From Candidatus Micrarchaeota archaeon (lineage in GTDB: Archaea; Micrarchaeota; Micrarchaeia; Anstonellales; Anstonellaceae), in contig CAZHIX010000001.1 of NCBI GenBank assembly GCA_964532715.1, positions 25,000 to 66,435 of the forward strand: a stretch of DNA of 41,436 bases, given 5' to 3'. Every line of letters starts with the position of its first letter. Positions within the stretch are counted from its first letter, which is position 1. A program made the translations under genes and the position numbers. Below the pieces are notes generated by a model. That model did no database searches. It was not told where the DNA came from and saw only the letters and a list, made by a program, of their open reading frames with translations. Below are positions 8,420 through 17,500 of the stretch, in pieces.

Positions 8420-8485
8420 TCAGATTGGTGACTCTCATCATTTAACAAGCCAAAGCTTGAATTCAGACAGTCAAACTATCATCAT
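8420..8485 (-). ncRNA. Candidate archaeal box C/D sRNA
   Basis: The minus strand reads ATGATGA-(12 nt tagtttgactgt)-CTGA-(21 nt)-ATGATGA-(11 nt gagtcaccaat)-CTGA. These are perfect C, D', C' and D boxes with guide-length spacers. The site is intergenic between rlmH and tRNA-Gly, on the same strand as both. Confidence 0.55.
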
Positions 8486-8536
8486 TTGTTATTGTATACT
8501 CACCAAACAATATAAACCCTAAATTAAACCAAAAAT

Positions 8537-8959
8537 TCATCTATGGTACTTTCTATTATTCAATATCATAAATGCTCTATACACTTGTTCAAGTAAAAAA
8601 AGTGCACACATCTCATGTGTAAATGTCATTTTGGATAAAGAAATCGTCTTTGCACTTTTTTTCACATCTGGCAAAATTCCATCTGGTCCACCAATAATAA
8701 ATTTGAGATTATCATTTTTTTGCACAATCTTTGAGAATTCAATGGAATCAGGACACGCACCTTTCTCATCTAAGATGTAAGTATTTGCATCAATCATTTG
8801 TGATATCTGCAAACTTTCTTTTTTATTATCACTATCTTTAATATGCAAAACTTCTAAATCGCAGTAAGGTTTTAGTCTTTTTTTATACTCTAAAATTCCA
8901 TCCTGCAAGTATTTCTCTTTTACTTTTCCAACCGTTACTATGCAAATCTTTTTTGGCAT
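8537..8959 (-). CDS. rlmH: SPOUT-family rRNA methyltransferase RlmH (YbeA/DUF163-like)
   Basis: ICIVTVGKVKEKYL, FIIGGPDG, and SLSKMTFTHEMCALFLLEQVYRAF...YH at the C-terminus. Start chosen at MPKKICIV (8959) rather than the ORF-track start at 9001. Confidence 0.78.
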   Translation of the reverse strand: MPKKICIVTVGKVKEKYLQDGILEYKKRLKPYCDLEVLHIKDSDNKKESLQISQMIDANTYILDEKGACPDSIEFSKIVQKNDNLKFIIGGPDGILPDVKKSAKTISLSKMTFTHEMCALFLLEQVYRAFMILNNRKYHR

Positions 8960-9023
8960 ACTATATAGCGTGTGCATAATTCTTAATAAACGTCTGTACA
9001 AATCAGTCTAATTCATTCTTTTG

Positions 9024-9091
9024 TTGTCAAGTGTATTGAACAATCCAAGACTTAGTGCTCAATTAGTAAATCTAATCGTCAAGTGCATTGA
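9024..9091. repeat. Direct repeat T(T/C)GTCAAGTG(T/C)ATTGA at 9024-9039 and 9076-9091 in the divergent rlmH / lipoprotein intergenic region
   Basis: 14/16 identical, 52 bp apart, read directly. Confidence 0.35.
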
Positions 9092-9308
9092 TGGGTATTT
9101 GGTAATTAAAATTACTAACTTTGAAACCATCTTGCTTTAATATATATACTTTACAAATTTGTGCATTATTGGTAAAGTTTGTTTGGGGTGTGTTCATGAA
9201 TAAATACGTTCTGTCTATTTTTGTTATCTATCTAATTTCACTCTTATCACAAACTAATGAAAAAAAATCAAAAATCAAAGAAATAAGAAATTGTTTAGGG
9301 GTATATGT

Positions 9309-11672
9309 ATGAAAAAATCAATGTCGTATCCAATATTGTTTTCCATTTTAATCTTGTGTTTGTTTTTTGGTTGTGCACAACAAATTAGTGAACAAAAAAG
9401 TGGTATCGGAACAGATGAATTTGGGTGTAATCACTCTGCGGGGGAAACCTGGTGTGAACAAAAATCTAAATGTATAAGCTATCCTGAGGTTTGTAATACA
9501 AATGAAAATATAGATGGTGCAGATAGAGATGTTCATGGTTGTATTGGTTCAGCTGGATACACTTGGTGCGAAAGCATGAATAAATGTATTCGAACTTCTG
9601 AACAACCATGCATACGTGTTGTCACTGAAGATTTTCCACCTTTTAACTATCTAAATTCGCAAAAAGAGCTTGATGGTCAATCAGTAAAAATTGTAAAAGA
9701 AATAATGCGTAGGACTAATCAAGAAGCTAAAATTGAACTTATGACTTGGCAAGATGCATATTCTCTTGCAAAACAAGGTCCAAATACAATCATTTTTTCA
9801 ATAGCAAGAACTACTGAACGAGAAAATGATTTCAAATGGGCTGGGCCTATAGGATTTTGGGAATATGGTTTTTATTCTCAGAAAAACACGAGTATAAATA
9901 TTCAAAGTCTTGAAGGGGCAAAGACTTCAAACTCAGTTTGTGTAGTAGAAAATGATGCTCGTCATCAAATATTAACTGCAAATAATTTTAGCAATTTGGT
10001 ACTTGTAGTAAACGATATGCAATGTGCTAAACTAATTTCAGATGGGCAAGTAGATTTATGGTTTGGTTCAAGTACAAATTTCAATGATGTAATATCCAAT
10101 GCTAATTTGAGTCAAGACGAATTTAAGTATCAATATGTTTTACGTCAAGGTGATATATATATAGCATTTAGTAAAGATACTCCTGACGGTTTAGTTCTAA
10201 AGTGGCAAGAAGTCGTGGATGAATTAAAGCAAGATGGAACAATTAAAACAATTGAATATTTCTATCGTCCAAATTTACTTCAAAAACCAAGTCTAAAGAG
10301 TGCTTCATGTACATTTAAGCATGCAAATATCGAACTCTCACAAGCTATAGATTTAGCGGAAAGTTCATTTTCATCTCTCAAATCAATGCATTTAAGAAAT
10401 TCAATAGAACCAATAGTAGCAAATTCAGTATCAACTTCAAATTGGGACAATGCAAAATCATTTTTGCAGTTACAGTCAAAAGTTTATCCTCAAGCAGTTC
10501 ATTGGTATTCAAACAAAAGTGGTTCTTATTATACTTTGATTGATGGATTTATGAGCCAAAATCTAAAAGATAGAGAATATTTCAGTAAGGTAATGGATGG
10601 GCAGTCAATCATAAGTGATGTATTGATAAGTAAAAGTACTGGCAAACCCTCAATAGTCATTGCATCTGCAATTTATGAGTCAAATTCAGTTGTTGGTATA
10701 ATCGGTTCATCTATATATTTAGATGAGTTATCTGTAAGAGTATCAAATAAAATAAATCTTCCAAATGGTCTATATTATTTTGTCGTAGATGAAAATGAAA
10801 AAATAATATTGCACAGTCAGCCATCAAACATAGGAAAAACTATGGCTGGTATTCACAAAAGTATATCAAATTCAATTGACGGTGTGTTTGAATTCAATAA
10901 TGGTTTTGGGCAGATTGATTATGGCGTGTCCTTGGTTGCGTCAACTCCATCATTAAACTCTTCAAATTGGACTTTTGTCATAGCAACTCAAAAATCAATA
11001 AACGATCAGCTTTGTATAGTTACTGAAGAATTATCTCCCTACAATTTTGTAGATGAAACCGGACTAATAAATGGGCAGTCAAGTGAAATAATAAGAAAAT
11101 TAATGTTGCGCTCTGAGCAGGCAGTTCCAATAGAAGTAATGCAATGGGATCAGGCTTACTCTCTTGCATCAACCAACAAAAATGTAGCTATATTTTCTAT
11201 AGTAAAAACAGATCAGCGTGAACCTTTATTTCACTGGATTGGTCCAATAGCCCATACAAAAAATGTTTTTTATGCAAATAAGAATAGCAATTTTGAAATA
11301 AATCTATTGGACGATGCACGACGAGTCAGTTCTATATGTTCCTACAAAAACGATTCTAAGGCCATATATCTGGAATCATTAAATTTCACAAATATTGTCT
11401 ATGAAAAAGACGATGTTGCATGTTTAAAAAAACTTGTAAATAATCAAGTGGATTTATGGATTGGGGATTATCGTTCATTGCCAATATTGGCAATAAAAGC
11501 AAACGTTAATCCCGATAGTATTCATTCCATCTACACTGTGCAGAAAGCAGACTATTATATGGCATTTAGTAAAGATGTTCAAAACACAACTATAACTAGA
11601 TGGTCAGAAGCCCTCAATTTCATAAAAACTGATGGTAGCTATGATGCTATATTACGAAAATATAGTTCGTAA
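9309..11672 (+). CDS. Extracytoplasmic lipoprotein: two family-3 solute-binding (PBPb-like) domains flanking a Cache-like sensor domain, with two N-terminal Cys-rich motifs
   Basis: Signal/lipobox-like ILILCLFFGC. Duplicated motif GCNHSAGETWCEQKSKCI / GCIGSAGYTWCESMNKCI. Two SBP-like modules (VVTEDFPPFNY...DFKWAGPI and IVTEELSPYNF...LFHWIGPI). The central DREYFSKVMDG...STGKPSIVIASAI is typical of Cache. No TM or output domain. Start at ATG 9309, preceded by AGGGGT. Confidence 0.7.
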   Translation: MKKSMSYPILFSILILCLFFGCAQQISEQKSGIGTDEFGCNHSAGETWCEQKSKCISYPEVCNTNENIDGADRDVHGCIGSAGYTWCESMNKCIRTSEQPCIRVVTEDFPPFNYLNSQKELDGQSVKIVKEIMRRTNQEAKIELMTWQDAYSLAKQGPNTIIFSIARTTERENDFKWAGPIGFWEYGFYSQKNTSINIQSLEGAKTSNSVCVVENDARHQILTANNFSNLVLVVNDMQCAKLISDGQVDLWFGSSTNFNDVISNANLSQDEFKYQYVLRQGDIYIAFSKDTPDGLVLKWQEVVDELKQDGTIKTIEYFYRPNLLQKPSLKSASCTFKHANIELSQAIDLAESSFSSLKSMHLRNSIEPIVANSVSTSNWDNAKSFLQLQSKVYPQAVHWYSNKSGSYYTLIDGFMSQNLKDREYFSKVMDGQSIISDVLISKSTGKPSIVIASAIYESNSVVGIIGSSIYLDELSVRVSNKINLPNGLYYFVVDENEKIILHSQPSNIGKTMAGIHKSISNSIDGVFEFNNGFGQIDYGVSLVASTPSLNSSNWTFVIATQKSINDQLCIVTEELSPYNFVDETGLINGQSSEIIRKLMLRSEQAVPIEVMQWDQAYSLASTNKNVAIFSIVKTDQREPLFHWIGPIAHTKNVFYANKNSNFEINLLDDARRVSSICSYKNDSKAIYLESLNFTNIVYEKDDVACLKKLVNNQVDLWIGDYRSLPILAIKANVNPDSIHSIYTVQKADYYMAFSKDVQNTTITRWSEALNFIKTDGSYDAILRKYSS

Positions 11673-11768
11673 TTTTTTACTTTTTTCAAATCTCTTTTTT
11701 TAAAGTTGTATTTTTATTATTTACCCTACTAATTTTGAAAACCAGTCAAATATGTAATAAGTGATCTT

Positions 11769-12032
11769 ATGGTAAACCCAAATAATCTTAATATAAATCA
11801 AGTAATGGATGCATTCAAAAATTTTGGTCTTTCTCAATTAGACTCAGAGCTTTTGGCAGATTGCATAAACGTGCAAAAGGCATGCACATGGCAAAATAAT
11901 GATGAAATAACTGATCAAGCGATATTAAAAACAAAAAACTTTTTATCAGAAAACAAGCTTGGCATAGCTGTGGAAGTTACTCCTGCAAGATTTGGAAAGT
12001 TCATATGGGAAACAACTAAAGTGAATGACTAA
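11769..12032 (+). CDS. Hypothetical small protein (87 aa)
   Basis: Isolated ORF in an otherwise non-coding gap; no recognisable motif. Confidence 0.4.
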   Translation: MVNPNNLNINQVMDAFKNFGLSQLDSELLADCINVQKACTWQNNDEITDQAILKTKNFLSENKLGIAVEVTPARFGKFIWETTKVND

Positions 12033-12171
12033 TCTCTATTAACAAATACTAACATTTTCAAGCGTTGTTTTATCCTCAAGTGCAATGCAAAACTCACTTG
12101 CCACATGTAGTAAGCGAGTTGATGTGTATGTGTTAATCCAATATTGCTCTTTGAACAAATATGGTCCTTTT

Positions 12172-13242
12172 TCAAATCCACTTTTTGCTTCTATAATATG
12201 ATAGCATAGCTATTGCAATTATGCTCATGGCGCAAATTGCAAAGTAATATCCATATTCATAACCAAGTTCGGGCATATGTATAAAATTCATACCATATAT
12301 ACCTGTGATAAACGTTAGAGGCATAAATATTGTGGAAAAGACTGCCAAAACTTTCATTATTTCATTGGTCTTATTTGATATGGAATACATATAAATTTCA
12401 ACCATACTTGAAAGAGCTTCTCTAAATGTTTCAACTGTATTTATAACTTCCATCACGTGATCATGTAAATCTTCAAGATAAACATTTATTCCCTTTGAAA
12501 CAAGTGGTGATTCTCTTCTTGTCAATTTGGACACAACATCCCTCATCGGCCAAACTATTTTTCTTATATACATAACATTTTTTTTGAGTTCTTGAATTTT
12601 ACGAACAGAATTTTGTGTGGGTTCATGAGTTACTTCATCTTCAAGCAGTTCTATTTCGTCTCCAAGTTTTTCCAAAAGAACAAAATACATATCTACTATG
12701 TAATCTGATAATACATATGCAAGATAATCTGCTCCCATTCTGCGCATTCTCCCGCGATTATTTCTCAAATTTCTTCTTATTTCTAAATAAGTATCTGGTT
12801 TTCTTTCTTGAAATGTTATAATAAAATCTTTTCCAAGAACTATACTTATCTGTTCATCATCAAGGCATTTTTTTTTCTTGTTGTAACAAAGACTTTTCAA
12901 AACAATGAAAAGGTGGTCATCATAGTCGTCCATTTTAGGTATATGCTGAGTATTCACAACATCTTCAAGAAGTATTGGGTGCAAATTAAACTCTTTTCCA
13001 AATTTTTCTATCATCTGTATTTTGTGCAGACCATAGACATTAATCCATTTTACTCCTGGTTTTTTTAGAAATTTGCTACATTCTTCAATATTTCGTGTAG
13101 TTTTTTCATGATATGTATCTTTGTCATAGCGAACGAGTTTAATCAGTCCTGCATCCTTATTTTGTTTTCCAATGTACACTAATGTTCCTGGGGGAAGCCC
13201 TGCTTTTGGATATTCAATTTCATCTATATTTGGATCAGGCAT
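12172..13242 (-). CDS. corA: CorA-family Mg2+/Co2+ transporter
   Basis: GIYGMNF (GMN signature) ahead of the last TM helix; two C-terminal TM helices; typical length of 356 aa. Confidence 0.92.
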   Translation of the reverse strand: MPDPNIDEIEYPKAGLPPGTLVYIGKQNKDAGLIKLVRYDKDTYHEKTTRNIEECSKFLKKPGVKWINVYGLHKIQMIEKFGKEFNLHPILLEDVVNTQHIPKMDDYDDHLFIVLKSLCYNKKKKCLDDEQISIVLGKDFIITFQERKPDTYLEIRRNLRNNRGRMRRMGADYLAYVLSDYIVDMYFVLLEKLGDEIELLEDEVTHEPTQNSVRKIQELKKNVMYIRKIVWPMRDVVSKLTRRESPLVSKGINVYLEDLHDHVMEVINTVETFREALSSMVEIYMYSISNKTNEIMKVLAVFSTIFMPLTFITGIYGMNFIHMPELGYEYGYYFAICAMSIIAIAMLSYYRSKKWI

Positions 13243-13384
13243 GAAAAAAAGAGGATGCGGATGTATTTAAATCCAGTAGGTTTTTTACACTCGTTAATCT
13301 ATTAGTGTTACAAACCACCAAGACAACCGAACAATTTATACCCATTTTATTAAATAAACTTATTATGTCTTATTTGGTGATTTA

Positions 13385-14137
13385 ATGATTCTCAAATACT
13401 TACCATTTATTTGTGTATTTGGATTTTTGTCGTTTGGTTGCATATCTCAAACACAGAATTCAGAAATAGTGTGTGCCGAAATTTGGGCACCTGTGTGTGG
13501 TACAGATGGCAATACATACTCAAACGAGTGCTTTGCAAACGCGGCAAAAGTGGATATATTGCATGCGGGCGAATGTGATTCAAAACCAATCGAAAACATG
13601 TCAAATCCTGCATCAACCAACTGTATTAATTTGGGTGGGACTTTAAATATCGTGCAAAGTGAAAATGGCGAGATCGGTTATTGCAATCTTCCAAATGGTC
13701 AAATATGTGAAGAATGGGCATTATTCAACAAAGAATGTGGGTATGATGTTGATCAACCTACGGCTTGTACTATGGAATATGCTCCAGTTTGTGGTAATGA
13801 TGGAAATACGTACTCAAACAAATGTATGGCGGATGTCGCAAATGTACAAGTATTGCACGGTGGAGAATGTTCACAAACTCAAGATTCCAATAGCGATTCA
13901 TCTGAAGATGAGGATGTATATATGAGCGAACAATTATGCAAATCGTCAGGTGGGTATTGGAACGAGTGCGCATCTGCATGTAGGGGTGCGCCGGAAGGTA
14001 CGATCTGCACTTTGCAGTGCATACTACAATGTGAATGTGGTGGTATTGCAGGTTTTAGATGCCCAAGTGGGTATATTTGCACTGATTATCTTCCGCAAGG
14101 TGCATCTGATGCGATGGGTGTATGTAAAAAGATATAA
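13385..14137 (+). CDS. Secreted/lipid-anchored cysteine-rich protein: Kazal - DUF333 - Kazal - C-terminal Cys-rich module
   Basis: Signal plus FGC lipobox-like site. Two Kazal-type patterns: WAPVCGTDGNTYSNEC...GEC and YAPVCGNDGNTYSNKC...GEC. NPASTNCINLGGTL...GYCNLPNGQICEEWALFNKEC matches DUF333. The tail has about 12 more Cys. Confidence 0.75.
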   Translation: MILKYLPFICVFGFLSFGCISQTQNSEIVCAEIWAPVCGTDGNTYSNECFANAAKVDILHAGECDSKPIENMSNPASTNCINLGGTLNIVQSENGEIGYCNLPNGQICEEWALFNKECGYDVDQPTACTMEYAPVCGNDGNTYSNKCMADVANVQVLHGGECSQTQDSNSDSSEDEDVYMSEQLCKSSGGYWNECASACRGAPEGTICTLQCILQCECGGIAGFRCPSGYICTDYLPQGASDAMGVCKKI

Positions 14138-14198
14138 ATAAGAAATCTAAGACAAAACCGCTAACTCTCTTTTTATTTCTTATCTGTGTTCATAGTTC

Positions 14199-15665
14199 AT
14201 GCGTTCTCAGGAATTTTTAGCGACATTATCTTTAATTCTTTTTTATACCTCATTACCTTTACTCATTCCACTGGGTTATGCGTATTATTATGGGGAGTCT
14301 TCATTTGAACCAATACTATATGTAATCACTATCATGATAATTCCTTCTGTTCCTGTTTTCATTCCTGGAATTTTCAAATCTGTATTATCATTTTTTACTT
14401 CAATATTCAATTTTATATTTAGAAAAGAAGCACATTGGAATTATGCGCTTGAAGTATTTACAAAAAGACCTCAACTCTCCGAATTGAAGTTTGGAGATAT
14501 TCTTGCAATTTCAGCAGTTTCTTGGATTTTAATTCCTCTAATCACTTCTTATCCATATTTTGTTTTGGGTATGAGTCCTATAGATTCTTTTTTTGAATCA
14601 ATGTCGGGTTGGACATCAACTGGTCTTTCAGTTATCACTTCTTTTGATAATATCACAAACTCCGTAATTATTTTTAGGAGCGTTACTCAATGGGTAGGCG
14701 GACTTGGAATAATCTTATTGATGTTGTCTTTTTTGAGAAATCGTCAAGGAAAAAGTCTTCTTGCGTTTGAGGCAAAGAATCCAATGGAACTTGGAGCAAA
14801 GAATACTGCCTCTAAGATATGGCAAATATATATAGTATTAACAATTATTTCAATAAGTCTTCTCTATCTTGTTGGGTTTGATTTGTTCAATTCAGTAAAT
14901 CTTGGTCTTGCAGGTATATCAAATGGTGGTTTTTTTCCATTCGTAACTTACGATCTTATATGGATTCAAAAACTGGTTTTGGCCTTTACGATGTTTATTG
15001 GCGCAATCTCATTTGTTACTCACAATAAGATTTTTAGTAGGCATCTAAGTGTACTATTATCCCAGGAGTTTTTGCTATACGTGAGCCTCATAATTATCGG
15101 TGTAGCATTAATCACGTTCTTAGGTCATGATGAATTTCATAACACCTTACTAAATACTGTTTCTGCAATTGCGTGTGGTGGGTTTGCCATCGGAGATTTA
15201 TCGGTCTTGCATGAATTTTCAATATATGTTTTGGTAATCTTGATGGTTTGTGGCGGTATGTATGGTTCAACTACTGGGGGTATAAAGCTTTGGAGAATTC
15301 TTGTTGCATTAAAAGTTATATGGTCAAGAATACGAGCCTATTTTGTTCCAAGCGGGACTGTGCAAATAATAACTCTTGATAAAAATCCTGTATCGCAAGA
15401 AGCAATAACTGAAGTTTTAGGTTTCATATTTTTGTATCTTGCAATATTTCTTATATGTGCAGGTGTTTTCATGGCTTGGGATTTTGGAATAGTGGACTCA
15501 ATGTTTACTGTTGCGTCCGCACTTGGAAACGTCGGTCTTTCAACTATAGATATTTATGCTCTACCTGACTACTCAAAAGCATTTTTAGTATTCATGATGT
15601 ACATCGGACGAATAGAAATTCTTCCAGTACTTGCTATGATTAGGTTTATGTTTGGACGAAAATAG
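14199..15665 (+). CDS. trkH: TrkH/KtrB-family K+ transporter membrane subunit
   Basis: Polytopic membrane protein with MSGWTSTGLS and TQWVGGLGII selectivity-filter-like repeats; followed by trkA. Confidence 0.9.
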   Translation: MRSQEFLATLSLILFYTSLPLLIPLGYAYYYGESSFEPILYVITIMIIPSVPVFIPGIFKSVLSFFTSIFNFIFRKEAHWNYALEVFTKRPQLSELKFGDILAISAVSWILIPLITSYPYFVLGMSPIDSFFESMSGWTSTGLSVITSFDNITNSVIIFRSVTQWVGGLGIILLMLSFLRNRQGKSLLAFEAKNPMELGAKNTASKIWQIYIVLTIISISLLYLVGFDLFNSVNLGLAGISNGGFFPFVTYDLIWIQKLVLAFTMFIGAISFVTHNKIFSRHLSVLLSQEFLLYVSLIIIGVALITFLGHDEFHNTLLNTVSAIACGGFAIGDLSVLHEFSIYVLVILMVCGGMYGSTTGGIKLWRILVALKVIWSRIRAYFVPSGTVQIITLDKNPVSQEAITEVLGFIFLYLAIFLICAGVFMAWDFGIVDSMFTVASALGNVGLSTIDIYALPDYSKAFLVFMMYIGRIEILPVLAMIRFMFGRK

Positions 15666-15685
15666 TCAAATAATAAGGTGTTAAT

Positions 15686-16312
15686 ATGGGAAAAGTTGCA
15701 ATATTTGGTGCAGGTGATGTCGGTAAAACACTACTTGATATATTAGAACAGCGAAAACACAAGATTTGTATAGTTGATGAAAATCGTGAGATATGCAACG
15801 AACTTGCATCAGAAAAAACTGCGCAAGTAATTCATGGGGATGCAACTGATCCAACTTTACTTGAAGAACTCAAACTAAATGAAATGGATTATGTGTTTGC
15901 TGTGTCCGGAGTAGAAGAAGCAAATTTTCTCTCAGGGGTTTATGCAAAACAAGCAGGAGCAAAAAGAGTTATATGTAGAGTAAAATCTCAAAAACACTCA
16001 AGACTTTTGGAAAAACTTGGTATAGAATCTGTAGTATCAGAATTAACTCTTGCATCCGAACTTGCGAATCGTGCATCTTCTCCAATTATTCATAAATTGC
16101 TTAATCCTGCCGAATCAAAACTTGAAATAATAGAAAAAGATGTTGAAAAAAGTGCAATATCAAAAACTGTTTTGGAATACGAATCCGAACAGCGTTTTCA
16201 TGTAATCGCATTGTTTAACGAGGGTAAATTTAGACTTGCAAAACAAAATGAAAAATTAGTTGAGAAAGATAAACTTGTAATATTACGTGAGCGCGGGTTT
16301 AAACTATTCTAA
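15686..16312 (+). CDS. trkA: TrkA/KtrA K+ transport regulatory subunit (RCK, NAD-binding)
   Basis: Rossmann motif VAIFGAGDVGKTL, about 208 aa, adjacent to trkH. Confidence 0.88.
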   Translation: MGKVAIFGAGDVGKTLLDILEQRKHKICIVDENREICNELASEKTAQVIHGDATDPTLLEELKLNEMDYVFAVSGVEEANFLSGVYAKQAGAKRVICRVKSQKHSRLLEKLGIESVVSELTLASELANRASSPIIHKLLNPAESKLEIIEKDVEKSAISKTVLEYESEQRFHVIALFNEGKFRLAKQNEKLVEKDKLVILRERGFKLF

Positions 16313-16328
16313 ATGTTTTTCATTGTAT

Positions 16329-16360
16329 TTTAGTTTACTTGTCTTATCTATTAAACTAAA
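16329..16360. terminator. Hairpin (9-bp perfect stem TTTAGTTTA/TAAACTAAA, 14-nt loop) followed by a T-run, between convergent trkA and the 357-aa ORF
   Basis: Read directly. AT-only stem, so stability is modest. Archaeal termination is mainly oligo-T driven. Confidence 0.3.
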
Positions 16361-16383
16361 TCAGTTTTATTTTTTAATTCAAT

Positions 16384-17457
16384 TTATTTCTTACTTGCAA
16401 CCGCTACTGTTACGAGTCTATTGTCATCATAAAAATCAAAAATCTCATAATTTGCAAATGTTTTTTCTGCCATCTCACTATAGATAGTATCCGCAGAAGA
16501 TGAAAAATAAATTATCTTATTTGTAGTGTTAAGTTTTCCTATATTAGTGATTTGAGTTATGTCAATATCTTCAAATCTTCTACTCTTACTCTGTGATTTA
16601 AATAATGTGTCAAAATCTTTAGGTACGAGATCGGACAAACCAACTAAATATTCTGGTTTTGTTTTAAACAAAAATAAATAATCTGATTCATTAGATAGTA
16701 GTTTCGCGCAGTTTAATCTTTCTAATTTTTGTTTGAGCATACTATAATAATCAAGTTTACCGTATATTCTTGCAAATGCAATTTTAAATTTTTCAATAGT
16801 TCTACCTAATGAAAGTGCATGTGGAAAATCTAAAATATTTTTTTCCCAAATCGGGTCTATATGAAGATCATATTTTTTTGCACCCATTGCAATACTTCTT
16901 GCAAATCCGCATATCCATTCACTTGCTTTTGTCTTATTTTTATCTTCTGTTATACTTGCTTTTTTCAATTGTATTTTTCTCAAGTATGACGTCTCACGCC
17001 ATGGATTAATAAAATGTTCAACGTGTTCATTTCGTATCAAATCATGCATAGCAACATATTCCAGATATTGACCTACATATCGCAACGAAAAAAATGGATT
17101 TGTAGATAAGCATCTTCCTTTTGGGAAAATTAATTCTGTTAATGCGTTGTGTCCATCTATTTGGTATCGTATATATCCTATTTCCCCAGACAAGTTTGGA
17201 AACTGATTCTCTAAAAAATTTGGCCAGGATAATTCAAAATATTTTTTTGAACTACTACCTTTGTATAATTCGTTATAGTTACCTAAAAAATTTTTTATTT
17301 TAGTAATATTAGAACCGATAGCTTTCAGTGTGTTGTGCTTTAAATTAAATCTATACGTAATCTCTTTTATCCCGATGTTACCTCTTATGCATTCTTTCTC
17401 TATTCTTAGAACTGGTTTATCTATAACTGGGGGTGAAAAATACTTAATTACTCTCAT
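16384..17457 (-). CDS. Hypothetical protein (357 aa), co-oriented 43 bp downstream of DNA ligase
   Basis: Long uninterrupted ORF with no motif I can assign. Confidence 0.6.
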   Translation of the reverse strand: MRVIKYFSPPVIDKPVLRIEKECIRGNIGIKEITYRFNLKHNTLKAIGSNITKIKNFLGNYNELYKGSSSKKYFELSWPNFLENQFPNLSGEIGYIRYQIDGHNALTELIFPKGRCLSTNPFFSLRYVGQYLEYVAMHDLIRNEHVEHFINPWRETSYLRKIQLKKASITEDKNKTKASEWICGFARSIAMGAKKYDLHIDPIWEKNILDFPHALSLGRTIEKFKIAFARIYGKLDYYSMLKQKLERLNCAKLLSNESDYLFLFKTKPEYLVGLSDLVPKDFDTLFKSQSKSRRFEDIDITQITNIGKLNTTNKIIYFSSSADTIYSEMAEKTFANYEIFDFYDDNRLVTVAVASKK

Positions 17458-17500
17458 AAACCAATGGTGTTAGTTAGTAAATAAAAACGTATCGCAAAAA

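Noticed and set aside
9121-9312. 63-aa ORF (or 38-aa hydrophobic peptide from ATG 9196) upstream of the lipoprotein gene
   Set aside because: It overlaps the start of the downstream gene, has no RBS-like element and has low-complexity hydrophobic content. It is more likely promoter/5' region of the 9309 gene.
14137-14184. 9-bp inverted repeat ATAAGAAAT / ATTTCTTAT upstream of trkH
   Set aside because: It is purely A/T-rich and short, so it is expected by chance in this composition.
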